From: Oopsacas minuta
Taxonomy: Eukaryota; Animalia; Porifera
Assembly: GCA_024704765.1 (NCBI GenBank)
Contig: JAKMXF010000040.1
Span: 1 to 58,311 of the forward strand
Length of the DNA stretch: 58,311 nucleotides
Direction of reading: 5' to 3'
Positions 46,069 through 57,204 of the stretch are shown one piece after another. Numbering within the stretch: position 1 is the first letter of the stretch; each line of letters starts with the position of its first letter. Made by a program: the position numbers and the translations under genes. The notes beneath the pieces were generated by a model, which was not told where the DNA came from, made no database searches, and worked only from the letters and a program-made list of their open reading frames with translations.

Positions 46069-48756
46069 ATAGAACATGGAGAACCGTTGTACGTTCATGC
46101 GATGAGGGAGAAAGGGTTTTAGAATCTTGCCATTCCAGTGACTTTGGTGAGTATATTAGTAATTCATTTACAACAATGTAATAGAACTATAATTTCTTCC
46201 ATAGAAGTAATTTCTTTTACAGTTTAAAATTATCTAGGTGGACATTTTGGGCGAGACAAAACGTACGAAAAAGTTGCAGCCCGTTTTTACTGGCCTAATA
46301 TGTACAATGATGTACGTAAATATGTTGCAGCTTGCGACATTTGTCAGAGAGTGAATGAATCTGGAAATTTTATAAAGGCTAAAGCTCCCTTACATCCGAT
46401 AAAAGTTGATCCAGAGGTATGGAAAATGGTACGTTCTTCTGTCGATTTTCATTCGCACCGTTCTAATTTTACATCGATGTCTTTTTAACTTTTATAGGTG
46501 GGAGTTGATTTGATTGGACCACTTACAATGACACCAAGAGGTAATAAATACATTATTACCATGGTTGATTACTTCTCAAAGTGGCCAGAAGCAGATGCAT
46601 TACCAGATAAGAGTGCTAAAGGTGTTGCTCTCTTTCTTTATAAGACTATGTGCCGGTTTGGATGCACTCAGGTAGTTATCAGCGATCAGGGTAGAGAATT
46701 CGTTAACAAAGTGAATCAAGAGCTATTTGATCTAACTAAAACAACTCATAGAATTTCTACCGCCTACCACCCTCAAACAAATGGTTTAGTTGAGCGATTT
46801 AACCAGACCATTCAACGCGCTCTCCTAAAGCTTGTAATAAAAGAACAAGATAATTGGGATATGTACATTGATGGAGTTCTATTTGCATATAGAACATCTG
46901 TACAAAAGACAACAAAAAAATCGCCTTTCGAAATAATGTACCTTCGGTGAGATATTTGTAACTGTTCTATGCTAGAATTTTTAACTCGATTACATTCTAC
47001 AGTGAAGCTATCCTGCCGATTGAGATGGATTTTATGCCTGAATATCTAAATATCCCTGCGGACCCTAACATAGATGCATTTATTTGCCAGATGAATAACA
47101 TAAAGAAGTCGCTTTATGGAAAGGTTGATAAGAATATCCAGGAGGGACAGGAAAAACAGAAGAATGAGTATGATAAAAAACAAAAGCAATCTAAAGTAAG
47201 TCTTCTTAAGAATTATTTAGTATTTACATACCAGTTTATATGTTTTGCTCTAGAATTTTAAACCAGGTACACTAGTTCTCCTTCGAAATAGTGCTAAGGA
47301 TGGAAGAAAGGGTGATAAATTTCGAATGCGGTATCTTGGACCATATGAAATTTTTCAAGATATTGGGAAGGGAGTTTACAAGCTTCGCAATTGTGTAACC
47401 GGAATTCTCCTCAAAAAAACTCAGAATATCTCCCGTCTAAAGTTGTACTGCAAGAAGAAATTTCAAATCAGATCGAATCATGTATCAGGCTACAGATATT
47501 CAAAACAAAGAGCGATGCAAACTGGAATTGTAGAGTCTGAAAACGAACTGTGTGAGAAGGAACCGAAAGAAGAACTTGTCATTTCTGTTGACAGAAAAGA
47601 CAACGTAAGTAATCATTCTATATAAATTTAGGACAATCAACGCAAACAATTCAACCTCAATAATCATGGTTGATACAAAATGGTTTGTGTAGCTTCTCTT
47701 TAGTTTAAAATTTTCATTCTGAACTCTAAATCGAGAAATTATCCGTTAGAATATACACAATTTCATAAAATCACCTGATAGTCCCCCTTACACGAATAAA
47801 TTCTACCTTCTTTAATAGGAGTCAATAAACGGTACAATATCTTCAAGTCCTCCATCACCATCTCCATTCTGGGTGCACAATCTGTATCTCAGCCCAACTG
47901 ATGAGCTAGAAATACTAAATGGACTTTGGCTGACAGATAAACACATTGTTGCGGCTCAAAAATTGTTGAAAAACCAGCACCCACTTACAAATGGGCTTGA
48001 AGATCCCCTCATGCTTGCAGAAAAGCTTTCATATAAATCAACTTCAATCTCATTTGTCCAGATTGTCAACTTAGGTAGGACACACTGGGTCTGTGTCTCA
48101 AGCTTTAATTGTCTACCTGGAATTGTGGATGTTTATGATAGCATTCCAGCATGTTCTCTGGGTTCGTTATCTTTGAGAAAACAAGTGGCCTCAATAATTA
48201 AAGCAACTGAACGCAGTTTTGAACTACATTTTGTTGAAACTCAAAGACAATCAGGGGGAACAGATTGTGGACTATTTTCTATAGCCTTTGCTACAGCACT
48301 ATGCCAAGGCATTGACCCTCATACGTGCTCCTTTGATCAAACTCAGATGAGGATACATCTGCACAGCTGTCTAGAACAATTGAACATGACTCTGTTCCCT
48401 TCTTCAAAAAAGCCACGTCGAAAGTGCACGAAGAGATGGCAGAGAAAGATCGTAGTAGCAAACTGAGTAGAAATATTTGAATTTGAAATAGGTTTCACTA
48501 GTACAATACAAAGGTATTTAGAAAGTAGATAATATCTTTGGATAAATCCGCACTAGTGCCAGAGGTCCGCTGGGGGACATCTGACCCAAAGTGGGGACTA
48601 CTTACCCTAGTGTCAGAGGTCCGGGGGGACACTCCACACTAGTGCCATTCGTCGGCGGGACTCCTTGCCCTAGTGTCACTAGTCCGGGGGACATTTGGCC
48701 CTAGTGCCACTAGTCCGGGGGGACAGAATTTAGGGAGGACACATGACACTACCACA
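46069..48756 (+). mobile_element. Ginger1-like DNA transposon (element B): spliced integrase + GPY/F + Ulp1/C48-like protease, with right terminus
   Basis: Exons 46069-46146, 46238-46428, 46498-46946, 47003-47195, 47254-47604 and 47819-48466 splice in frame with no stop. H2C2 (CH..GHFG..CDIC), DDE (GVDL, SDQG, VERF), protease (THWVC, VYDS, QSGGTDCGLF). GC-rich ~31-bp subterminal repeats at 48550-48725. Ends ..CCACA|CCGG. Confidence 0.88.
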
Positions 48757-49092
48757 CCGGAACTCTGTGCCCGTAAGGGTTCAGTAGTTCCTGGATCAAG
48801 AGTCTCAGGCTCTGCCATCGCTAATTACTCTAGCTACCAGGTAATGTGAATTGAAAACCGATAATTATGATTAAAGTAAACAAAAACAAATACAAAATGA
48901 ATAAAAACTAAAATAGATAAACCATAAATTGATGAAAATATCCCACAATCATTTTGTATTTGTTTTTGTTTACTTTAATCATAATTATCGGTTTTCAATT
49001 CACATTACCTGGTAGCTAGAGTAATTAGCGATGGCAGAGCCTGAGACTCTTGATCCAGGAACTACTGAACCCTTACGGGCACAGAGTTCCGG
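48757..49092. repeat. Perfect 144-bp inverted repeat with a 48-bp spacer, bounded by CCGG at both outer ends
   Basis: 48757-48900 is the exact reverse complement of 48949-49092. Confidence 0.95.
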
Positions 49093-49278
49093 ACCCACAG
49101 AGCGACAGGAACTCAGTTCTGACGTGTTATCCGATACATAAGAAGGACAATAATAGAGCTAGAGGAAGTGGATGCAGGGGAACAAGTGGGTACAGCCTTA
49201 GAACAATATTTGGCAAGTAAAGAAGCCAATGAAGCTGTCAGGAAATATATTAGAGATGCACAAGAGAAAAATTTACAA
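49031..49278 (+). pseudogene. First coding exon of an unidentified host gene (one 1-nt deletion near 49138; no downstream exon found)
   Basis: ATG 49031 MAEPETLDPGTTEPLRAQSSGPTERQELSSDVLSDT joins IRRTIIELEEVDAGEQVGTALEQYLASKEANEAVRKYIRDAQEKNLQ|GTATGC if one base is restored. Confidence 0.5.
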
Positions 49279-49951
49279 GTATGCCCTTCTTTTGATTATT
49301 CCTTTACCGCACATATCTGTCCATTAGTCGTTTTAATCTTGGTTGGGCTTTTCTCTCATTCAATGATTAGTGTCGATCATATCTCAATATCCACAACGAC
49401 ACACAAATTCTGTATTCCCTTAGCAAGATTTTGTATCACAAATTTTGTAATATCATTGTGTTTTTCTATACAATAAAAATACATTTTCAATGTCTTGCAT
49501 TAGTGGAATACGGGCGATCAAGAAGTATAATATGTATACTGTATTCTGTCTACGCTAACAACATCGTAAAACGAAGTAGAAAGTCTGTATTTAAGAAGTC
49601 CGTGACATTCATGAGGTAAAATTCTCGGAATATTGCCATATGGAATAACAATGATCAGAAATTGACAGCTGGGATCAATTTCAGGATTGATCTGACAGGA
49701 TCCGGATATATTATCGAAGGGAGTTATTTCGGCGAACACACTCTGAAGGAAAAAATCTCATAAGTCCTAATAAACATACCTACACTATCTGAATGAGGCA
49801 ACTAACCATTTTGAGACATTATGCCACCTGTATACAATTCTGAAATCAAACATTCTATACACCCACATGTGTATACATCTCCTGCTACTATAGTATTATA
49901 CAATCTTAGCTCATTTCAGGTATACTAACTCTTTATATCTATTTAGCAAAA

Positions 49952-50803
49952 ATGGCCGCAGCTATTACTATTGAAACGGAGAGAGTGGAAACTGGAATTG
50001 ATTACACAAGCAAGATAGAACCTCTGGTATGTTCTAGTAAGAGAGGTGAAGGAAATGATGAACTTTCCCGTCCACTTTATGTTGCAGTTGACAAGATGAC
50101 TGGAAATATATATATAGTAGATTATTCCAATAATTGCGTTAAGGTATTTGACAGTACTGCTAAGTATATATTCAAATTTGGTGACAGTAATGGTGAAGGA
50201 AAGATGTCCGATCCAATAAGCTTAGTTATTTGTAGGAGTAGGATTCTAATTACTCATGACTACAGTATACTGAATTATAACCTTGATGGTAAATATATTT
50301 CTAGAATTGGTGAATATGGAAGTGGAGAATTAGAATTCAACTTTCCTTGGGGTATAGCAATCAATGAATCTAATGATGATATTTACATTTGTGATTATCA
50401 TAACCATCGAATTCAAATACTCTCACAAGATTTCCAATTCAAAACACAATTTGGTTCATTCACATTCCCTCTCGATGTCAAGCTCTCTAAAGAATGCATT
50501 TATGTGTTAGATGGATCTAATCCTTGCATCCATCTATTCAATCATAACCACATACTCCAGAAGAGTGTAGTTTCATTAGGACAAGGATATCAAGTTATTG
50601 ATCCCTTCTCTTTCTTTATTGACAATTTTAACAACATTCTAATTGCTGATTATTCTTCTAATTCTATTTCTATCTTCAATTCTGAATTCCAATCAATTCA
50701 TAATATTCCAGTCTCTAAGCAACCAACAGCAGTAACTGTAGACAATCATGATAGAGTTATAGTAGTGTGTTATCATACTGTGAATTGGCTACAGATATTT
50801 TGA
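49952..50803 (+). CDS. NHL-repeat beta-propeller protein, subfamily B (NHL-7), 283 aa, intact
   Basis: Intact ORF, closest to NHL-2. Confidence 0.9.
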   Translation: MAAAITIETERVETGIDYTSKIEPLVCSSKRGEGNDELSRPLYVAVDKMTGNIYIVDYSNNCVKVFDSTAKYIFKFGDSNGEGKMSDPISLVICRSRILITHDYSILNYNLDGKYISRIGEYGSGELEFNFPWGIAINESNDDIYICDYHNHRIQILSQDFQFKTQFGSFTFPLDVKLSKECIYVLDGSNPCIHLFNHNHILQKSVVSLGQGYQVIDPFSFFIDNFNNILIADYSSNSISIFNSEFQSIHNIPVSKQPTAVTVDNHDRVIVVCYHTVNWLQIF

Positions 50804-52157
50804 TATGTAACTCTATCTATGTATTTGTATTTCTCTATATCTTTTTGTCATTTGAATTATTTCTTTGCTTATTTATTCATTACTTCTTCCATTACTATTC
50901 TTTATTATTGTAATTCTTCAGTTATACCTTCCTTGATTCGTTATTTCATTTTCATCTGTTTTTGGTGGGTCTTTCTTCTAAGTTTTAGAATTTTGTGTAT
51001 TAGACCGCTGTTACCTAAATTTTATATATTTCAGGTTCACCTGAGGATTTGGCGTATGGAATTTCATATCAGAGCCTTTTGCTTGTCGCTTCGCGATGAA
51101 CTCTGCTCATTTCGCCTCGAGGTATCCATTATTCTCCAAATTGACGCTCCTTTGAGTATTATTATATAGATATATTCACAACAATGTATTTCACAAATAT
51201 TCGTATATGTCATCTGTATTATTGAAATATTTTGTAAGATCACCCCTTTCTAGTCGTTGCAGGCAAGTATCCACGTATATTTTGAGATGTATAATTTGTT
51301 TACTTTTTATCATTATTCCAATAGTATGATAATCGGGTTTAGCATTTTCGATGTTTATAAGGAATTCTATTTACTTCCTTGATTATACGATAAATAGTTA
51401 GTTATGGAACAATTTCTAGATTGCATTCCGTAAATGGAGATAGATTTAGTATCAGTTAGCGAGACTTGGTTAATACTGATTTCAAATTGAACAAACCTGG
51501 ATATGCGCAAAGACAATGTGTACAGATTTTCTGATATAAATCTTATCTACTCAAGACATAAAATCTAATATATTTCATAGTCTCTATCCAGTGCTTTGAT
51601 TGCTATCTACGTATCTATGTAGGGAGACACATTTCTGCGTATTTTTCGCTTGCATTTGGTTATTCGTCAGGAAATGCAGTAAATCTTGTTTTAGATTCCT
51701 TATTGGTTCAACAACAAGTTGGTAGTAATACTTACTCTACTTACAATTGATGTTGGAAAAGAGAACTTTTAGATAGTTTCAACCCGTTAACTACTTTAAT
51801 ATTTAACTTAAAATAATAATTACAACTGAACAATCGAATAAGTAGCAAAACGTCGGACTTCCCGTTCGTTTAGTTCCATTTTGCTGCTGTTCTGCAATAA
51901 TCTGGAAAATATATTGACAACTCATAACTCTCCGAAATGTACAAGAGCATGCAGTGGTATCACATTCGTATAGCAGGAATTATATAACTTGATGCGTGAG
52001 ATACGTAATATAATGCCTGACTATTGTGCATAGAATTACCTACCATGGATAACTTAAAGTACATTTTGTAATTCACCCATAATTGTAACATGCAAAATTG
52101 ACATTTTCTGAATTACTGAAATTCTGTCTTAATCACTTCTCCTATATAACTTAAGTA

Positions 52158-52414
52158 CAGTGACGTAGCCAGCCTTGAGTGATTGCCAGGCACAAGGCAA
52201 GATTGGATTTAGACCACATATACAATGAATGCCATAATACGAATTGAAATGATATTAATGAATATATTATTGAGCGAATAGAAACACAACAAAACGGGTT
52301 ATTAATAAGTAGAACTAATTTGCTTCAAGCAATTAAATATACCCAGGAATGAAAATAAGTTGCCGGGTCATGACGGTCAATTACCGTGCAAGCTCGTGTG
52401 CGGCGACGCCACTG
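52158..52414. mobile_element. MITE with CAGTGACGTAGCC / GGCGACGCCACTG termini
   Basis: 13-bp imperfect TIR. The TSD is degenerate. Confidence 0.6.
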
Positions 52415-52624
52415 TATAGGTATATATATAATTTGCCCGAGATTATGTCCCCCAGCCTTTCTTTATTTAAGATTGTACATTTTTCTCTTATTCTGCAATT
52501 CTGTTTCATCACTGATTAGCCTTGATGCTTAACACTTGCTCTTCACCTGGAGCTGGAGTAATTCTTCAGGGGAGTCATATACACCAGTATTCAGATTACC
52601 CTCAAACTCTGAACTTAGAGAAAA

Positions 52625-53005
52625 TAGTCAGCACTGAAATGGATATGCCTCAACCTGATGGCTCACTCTTTGAATTGTTTAATATTTCCCCACCCAACAA
52701 CTCTACTTAGTCTTTATGGACCTATTGGCTTAGAGTGTGAGTTGCAAACATATTTGAAGACTTCTACTGCTAATCTCAATAACCAAGAAAAGAATATTAC
52801 ATTACATATGAATGAAATACATGTCAAATCAGAGTTTTCTTACACAGGTGGGAGAATACTAACTTGAGCAAAATTCTGTCTCTAAAACAGCCCACCAATT
52901 TACAGCCAGAACTTGCTGGCCATCTAGCCTTGAAAGATAGAATGTCAATTTAGCACTTCGAATATTTGACGCCTCAACCGCTGTAGCTTCAACAGTCCAA
53001 GCTTT
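52625..53005 (+). mobile_element. P-element/THAP9-like transposase relic with an internal deletion
   Basis: CLIFPHPTTL..YLKTSTANLNNQEKNITLHMNEIHVKSEFSYTGGRI, followed by CWPSSLER*NVNLALRIFDASTAVA. Confidence 0.75.
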
Positions 53006-53812
53006 GTTGCCCTAGCATTTCTTACTTATTTATTTATACAATTTTTGTTGTAGTGAAAATATGATTACCTTCCATCTAACATTTGGTACGACTATTGTCA
53101 AAAACAAATGTATTACATGGCATTAGGGGCCGGTACAGCAGGTGCGGCCCTCGCCCACCAATAATTCAGAATTTCTATTATTATCACGGTCAGGTGTGAT
53201 GAATGCCGCACCAACACAATGTATCTTGCCGTACCAATCATTTTTTGCTTCATACGGCCCTGTATTCATCTCAACATATCATATTCAATGTATGCACTTT
53301 GAGTAATCCATGGTCCGAATGAACCGTCAGGCCTTATATTATGTAGGCCACGCTTGGTGTAATTTTGATTTTTATAACTTCTGTCACTATTGTTCGGTTC
53401 CAATACTTTTCTTTTGAAAGATTTCCAACCTTAATTAACCAATCACGGCTGTGAAAGGTAATTCCTTCTGCAAATATTTCCGATAAAGCTAAATGACAGT
53501 TAAACTCCAAAATATTACTTACGACGATAATACATTTCAGTTTCTTGCAATAGCGGAATACGAGCTATACGTAATAGTAGGTTTATTTCAGAAGTCCGTA
53601 ACAATATTGAGGTAAATTCTCGTAGTATAACAATTTGAACGCTGGTATCGATCTCAGTATTGATCTGACAGAACTCGGTTGGATTGTCGATTGATGAAAT
53701 TTGGGCAAACTGCCTCATATGACATACATGCATACACATCTCCTGCTACTATAGTATTCTACAATCTGAGTTCATTTCAGGTATACTAACTCTTTCTATC
53801 AATTTAGCAACA

Positions 53813-53995
53813 ATGCCACAGCTATTACTATTGAACCAGAGAGAGTGAAAACTGGAATTGATTACACAAGCAAGATACAAACTCTGGTGTGTTCTAGTAG
53901 AGAGGTAAAGGAAATGATGAACTTGACTGTCCACTTTGTGTACCAGTTGATAAGATGACTGCAAATATATATGTGGTACATTATTGTAATACTTA
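53813..53995 (+). pseudogene. NHL subfamily B 5' fragment (NHL-8), frameshifted
   Basis: ATG-CCACAGCTATTACTATTGAA.. homologous to NHL-4. Ends at the same codon position as NHL-4. Confidence 0.85.
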
Positions 53996-54647
53996 ATACT
54001 TCTAACCAATTAAAAAATTTGTATATTTGTAATGAATGTAATATGAACAATTAGTTATTGATATGATTTAATAATGTTTATATTATTCATACAGTAGATT
54101 CTAGACCTTCTTATTGTACAATTACGAATAACATAACAATAGATTCTTTAATTAATCAATTCAGAAATTCATTAGAGGATTGACTAAATATTTTATATTC
54201 TGAATTTCTCCATTATATAAGTCATATTTGCTGACAAAGTCACTAAATTCGATATCCAATGCATTTTACTATTCATATAGTTTGTGTAGTTAAACGTGAA
54301 ATGAGTAATGAGTATTATGGCCCTCCACGATTATTGTCAACCTGACGCCCCTGGTACTATGTAATTACTATTTATTTATCTCTGAAAAGTGTATTCTAAG
54401 CCAAATTGAGCTAATGATTTACTAAAGAAAAATTCTTTCATTCCTCAGCCATTTATCCCGTTTACCAATGTCAGTCATTTAGGGAATTTATGTTGTGTAT
54501 CTTGTGTACTTTCTTCATTGATCGGAATAAGACCTAATTTGAAGTAGTAATAAGACATAGAATGATCAAAGTAGGAAACAGTCCTAAATACTTCTTAGCT
54601 GCTATCCATATAGTGTACTGATATGCTCATATTTTCGCTAAGGCCAG

Positions 54648-54725
54648 CAGTGGCGGATCCAGGAATCTCTGGTGGGGGGGATATCAACCCAGCTGGGGGT
54701 CTGGGGGGCGCTGTAAGCCCCTGGC
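54648..54725 (+). mobile_element. GC-rich MITE terminal fragment (CAGTGGCGGATCCAGG..ggggtctggggggcgctgtaagcccc)
   Basis: Typical PIF/Harbinger-like MITE terminus. No partner end seen. Confidence 0.45.
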
Positions 54726-56317
54726 CACCCAACTAACTGCAATTTCATGTGTATTTTATTCTATTCTCACTGATTGAAGGTCTTTCCTATATTCCACTTG
54801 TATCCAGTTTAGATTACTACATTTAATCTATATCATCTAATAGCGCATGCACGTANCTTTTGTAGCTGCTTAATTGCAGGAGTTCATAGCTTGATAGTGT
54901 GGTAGTAAGTTTGTTACCACACAGGATGATTATTTAGGGCGCACAAACTTATTTGATGTTTCACTTACAATTTACGATTGTTTGGTAGCTTCATAACTTC
55001 TGCTGCCTACTTGAGAGGTACACAACTACTAAAGCCATCAACTCGTAGCACTACAAATCAAACCTATGCAAGGATTTTATTATCTGATAATTTGAGTTTT
55101 CATTTCTACTCGACATTTCGAACATTGAATATATTTAATCTATTTTGGAAAATATGGAAACTAAATGCTATGACATAATAGAAATTACATCTTATATTGT
55201 ATAATTCATTGAATAATTCATAATGAGTCAACTGAGATCAAACAATTGATATTCTAGTAATCTGTATGCGTTACTATAGTTAGAATAGATTGGAATGTTT
55301 CAATAAATTTGTGTGCTTAGTACAAATCTAATAGAGACTAGACTCAAACAAGATAGTTTTCAAACCTAAATATCTCAAATGATTTTGACTATTTTAACAT
55401 AATATTTTATACACATAAACATTCATACAGCAGGAATACATGCCCATGATTTCAAGAAAACTTAATATGTTTAAGTATACTAAATCCATAAGTGAACTAC
55501 TGCTGGTTAGATGCACCAATTTCTAATAGAAAAATATACATTCATTCCAGATACGTCTGTATCTCTTCTTTCGAATTGTCAAAGATATTTACATTCTGAC
55601 CATGGGAAGTTAGTCTAATTAATGAGTGAAGTACTGCTGGTCGAATATTCAGCCAACTTCACGCTCATTGAAAAGTAATATACTTGTTTCTCATCCCAGC
55701 CAGTCCCAAACTTTGTCCCCTGAGCTGAATGATTTTATTTGTATTTCTTCCAAATTTATACATAATTCTTTAGTCATAGAGTGTGCAATCCACATTTTAC
55801 TAGTTGTATAGTTGAAAACTTAGAATGTGATAAGATAATCAAAGGATGAAATATTTGATATATTAACTGACCTTTAAAAATATATTTAAAATACCGCCCG
55901 CTGTCCAAGTTTCTGAAGAAATTCCGGATGGGAAACAAGTAATATACTTACATGGCCTAAATCTGAGTTTGAGTATTATTCATTTGTAGTTTCATTATAT
56001 AAAGGTGTTGTACTTTCACAGCTGTAGCACGGGGAAATATGACGATCCTGAAAAAAATGCCAAAAAACTAGACCCTCGGCGGTATATCTCTAGGTACGGC
56101 TGACCACGAATTTACATGTCTTGAAATTATCTGTGTTGATAAAATAGATATGCTTATATTCTAAAGACAAGAGATAACTCAGGATTGGAAATAGGAAGAT
56201 TATGTGGCTAATACGATTCACTAATCATGTGGTAGATGACCATGAGCTATACTATAGGTATATCTACTGACAATGTCTATTTGTATGAATTCTTACTCCA
56301 ATAAATAATTAGCAATA

Positions 56318-57204
56318 ATGGCCACATCTAATCCTATTGAACCAGAACCTGTTGAAGATAATTTAGGGAGAGTGAGAACTGGAATTGATTACTCGAGCAA
56401 GATACAACCTCTAATGAGTGTTTGTAAGAAAGAAAATGGAAATGATGAACTCAAATGGCCGCAAGGTGTTACAGTAGATGACAAAACTGGAGATATTTAT
56501 ATGGCGGATTGTTTTAATGACTGTGTGAAAGTATTTGACAGCACTGCTAGGTATATGTTCAAATTTGGTGACAGTAGAGGTGAAGAAAATATGTACCATC
56601 CACGAAGCTTGGTTATTTATAAGAGTAGGATTCTAATTACTCATGACCACGGTATATTGAATTATAATCTTAATGGTGAATTTATTTCTAGAATTGGTAA
56701 ATATGGAAATGGAGAGTTAGAATTCAAATATCCTAAGGCGATAGCAATCAATGAATCTAATGATGATATTTACATTTGTGATTATTTTAACAAACGAGTT
56801 CAAATACTCTCACAAGATTTCCAATTCAAATCTCAATTTGGTTCACTCAAACGCCCTCTTGATGTTAAACTATCAAAAGAATACATTTATGTGTTAGATG
56901 AATCTAATCCTTGTATCCATCTATTCAATCATAACTACATACTCCTGAATAGTGTATAAGAGACAGCTATGTTTCACTAGGACAAGGAAATCAAGTCATT
57001 ACTCCTCGATCATTCTTTATTGACAATTCTAACAACTTTCTAATTGCTGATTATTCTTCTAACACTATTTCTATCTTCAATCCTGAATTCCAATCAATTC
57101 ACCATATTCCAATCTCTAAGCATCCAATATCAGTAACAGTAGACAATCATTATAGAGTTATAGTAGTGTGTGAGCATGCTGTGAACTGTCTACAGCTATT
57201 TTGA
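56318..57204 (+). CDS. NHL-repeat beta-propeller protein, subfamily A (NHL-9), interrupted by a 14-nt insertion that overlaps an adapter sequence
   Basis: Removing taagagacagctat (56957-56970) restores ..LNSV-VSLGQGNQVITPRSFFID.. through to TGA at 57202-57204. Confidence 0.8.
56952..56966 (+). other. Tn5 mosaic-end / Nextera adapter remnant (probable assembly artefact)
   Basis: GTGTATAAGAGACAG is the 3' 15 nt of AGATGTGTATAAGAGACAG. Confidence 0.8.

Noticed and set aside
48550-48725. Regularly spaced ~31-bp GC-rich repeats resembling a CRISPR array
   Set aside because: The repeats are degenerate with no unique spacers, there are no cas genes, the context is eukaryotic, and they sit at a transposon terminus.
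50819-51169. 116-aa hydrophobic ORF after NHL-7 (similar: 36649-36846)
   Set aside because: T-rich 3' flank sequence translating as F/L/I/Y. Not conserved as a frame among paralog flanks.
51000-51170. Apparent mini-Helitron (A|TC ... CTAA|T on the minus strand)
   Set aside because: Homology with the NHL-1 3' flank runs through the supposed 3' boundary, and there is no terminal hairpin.
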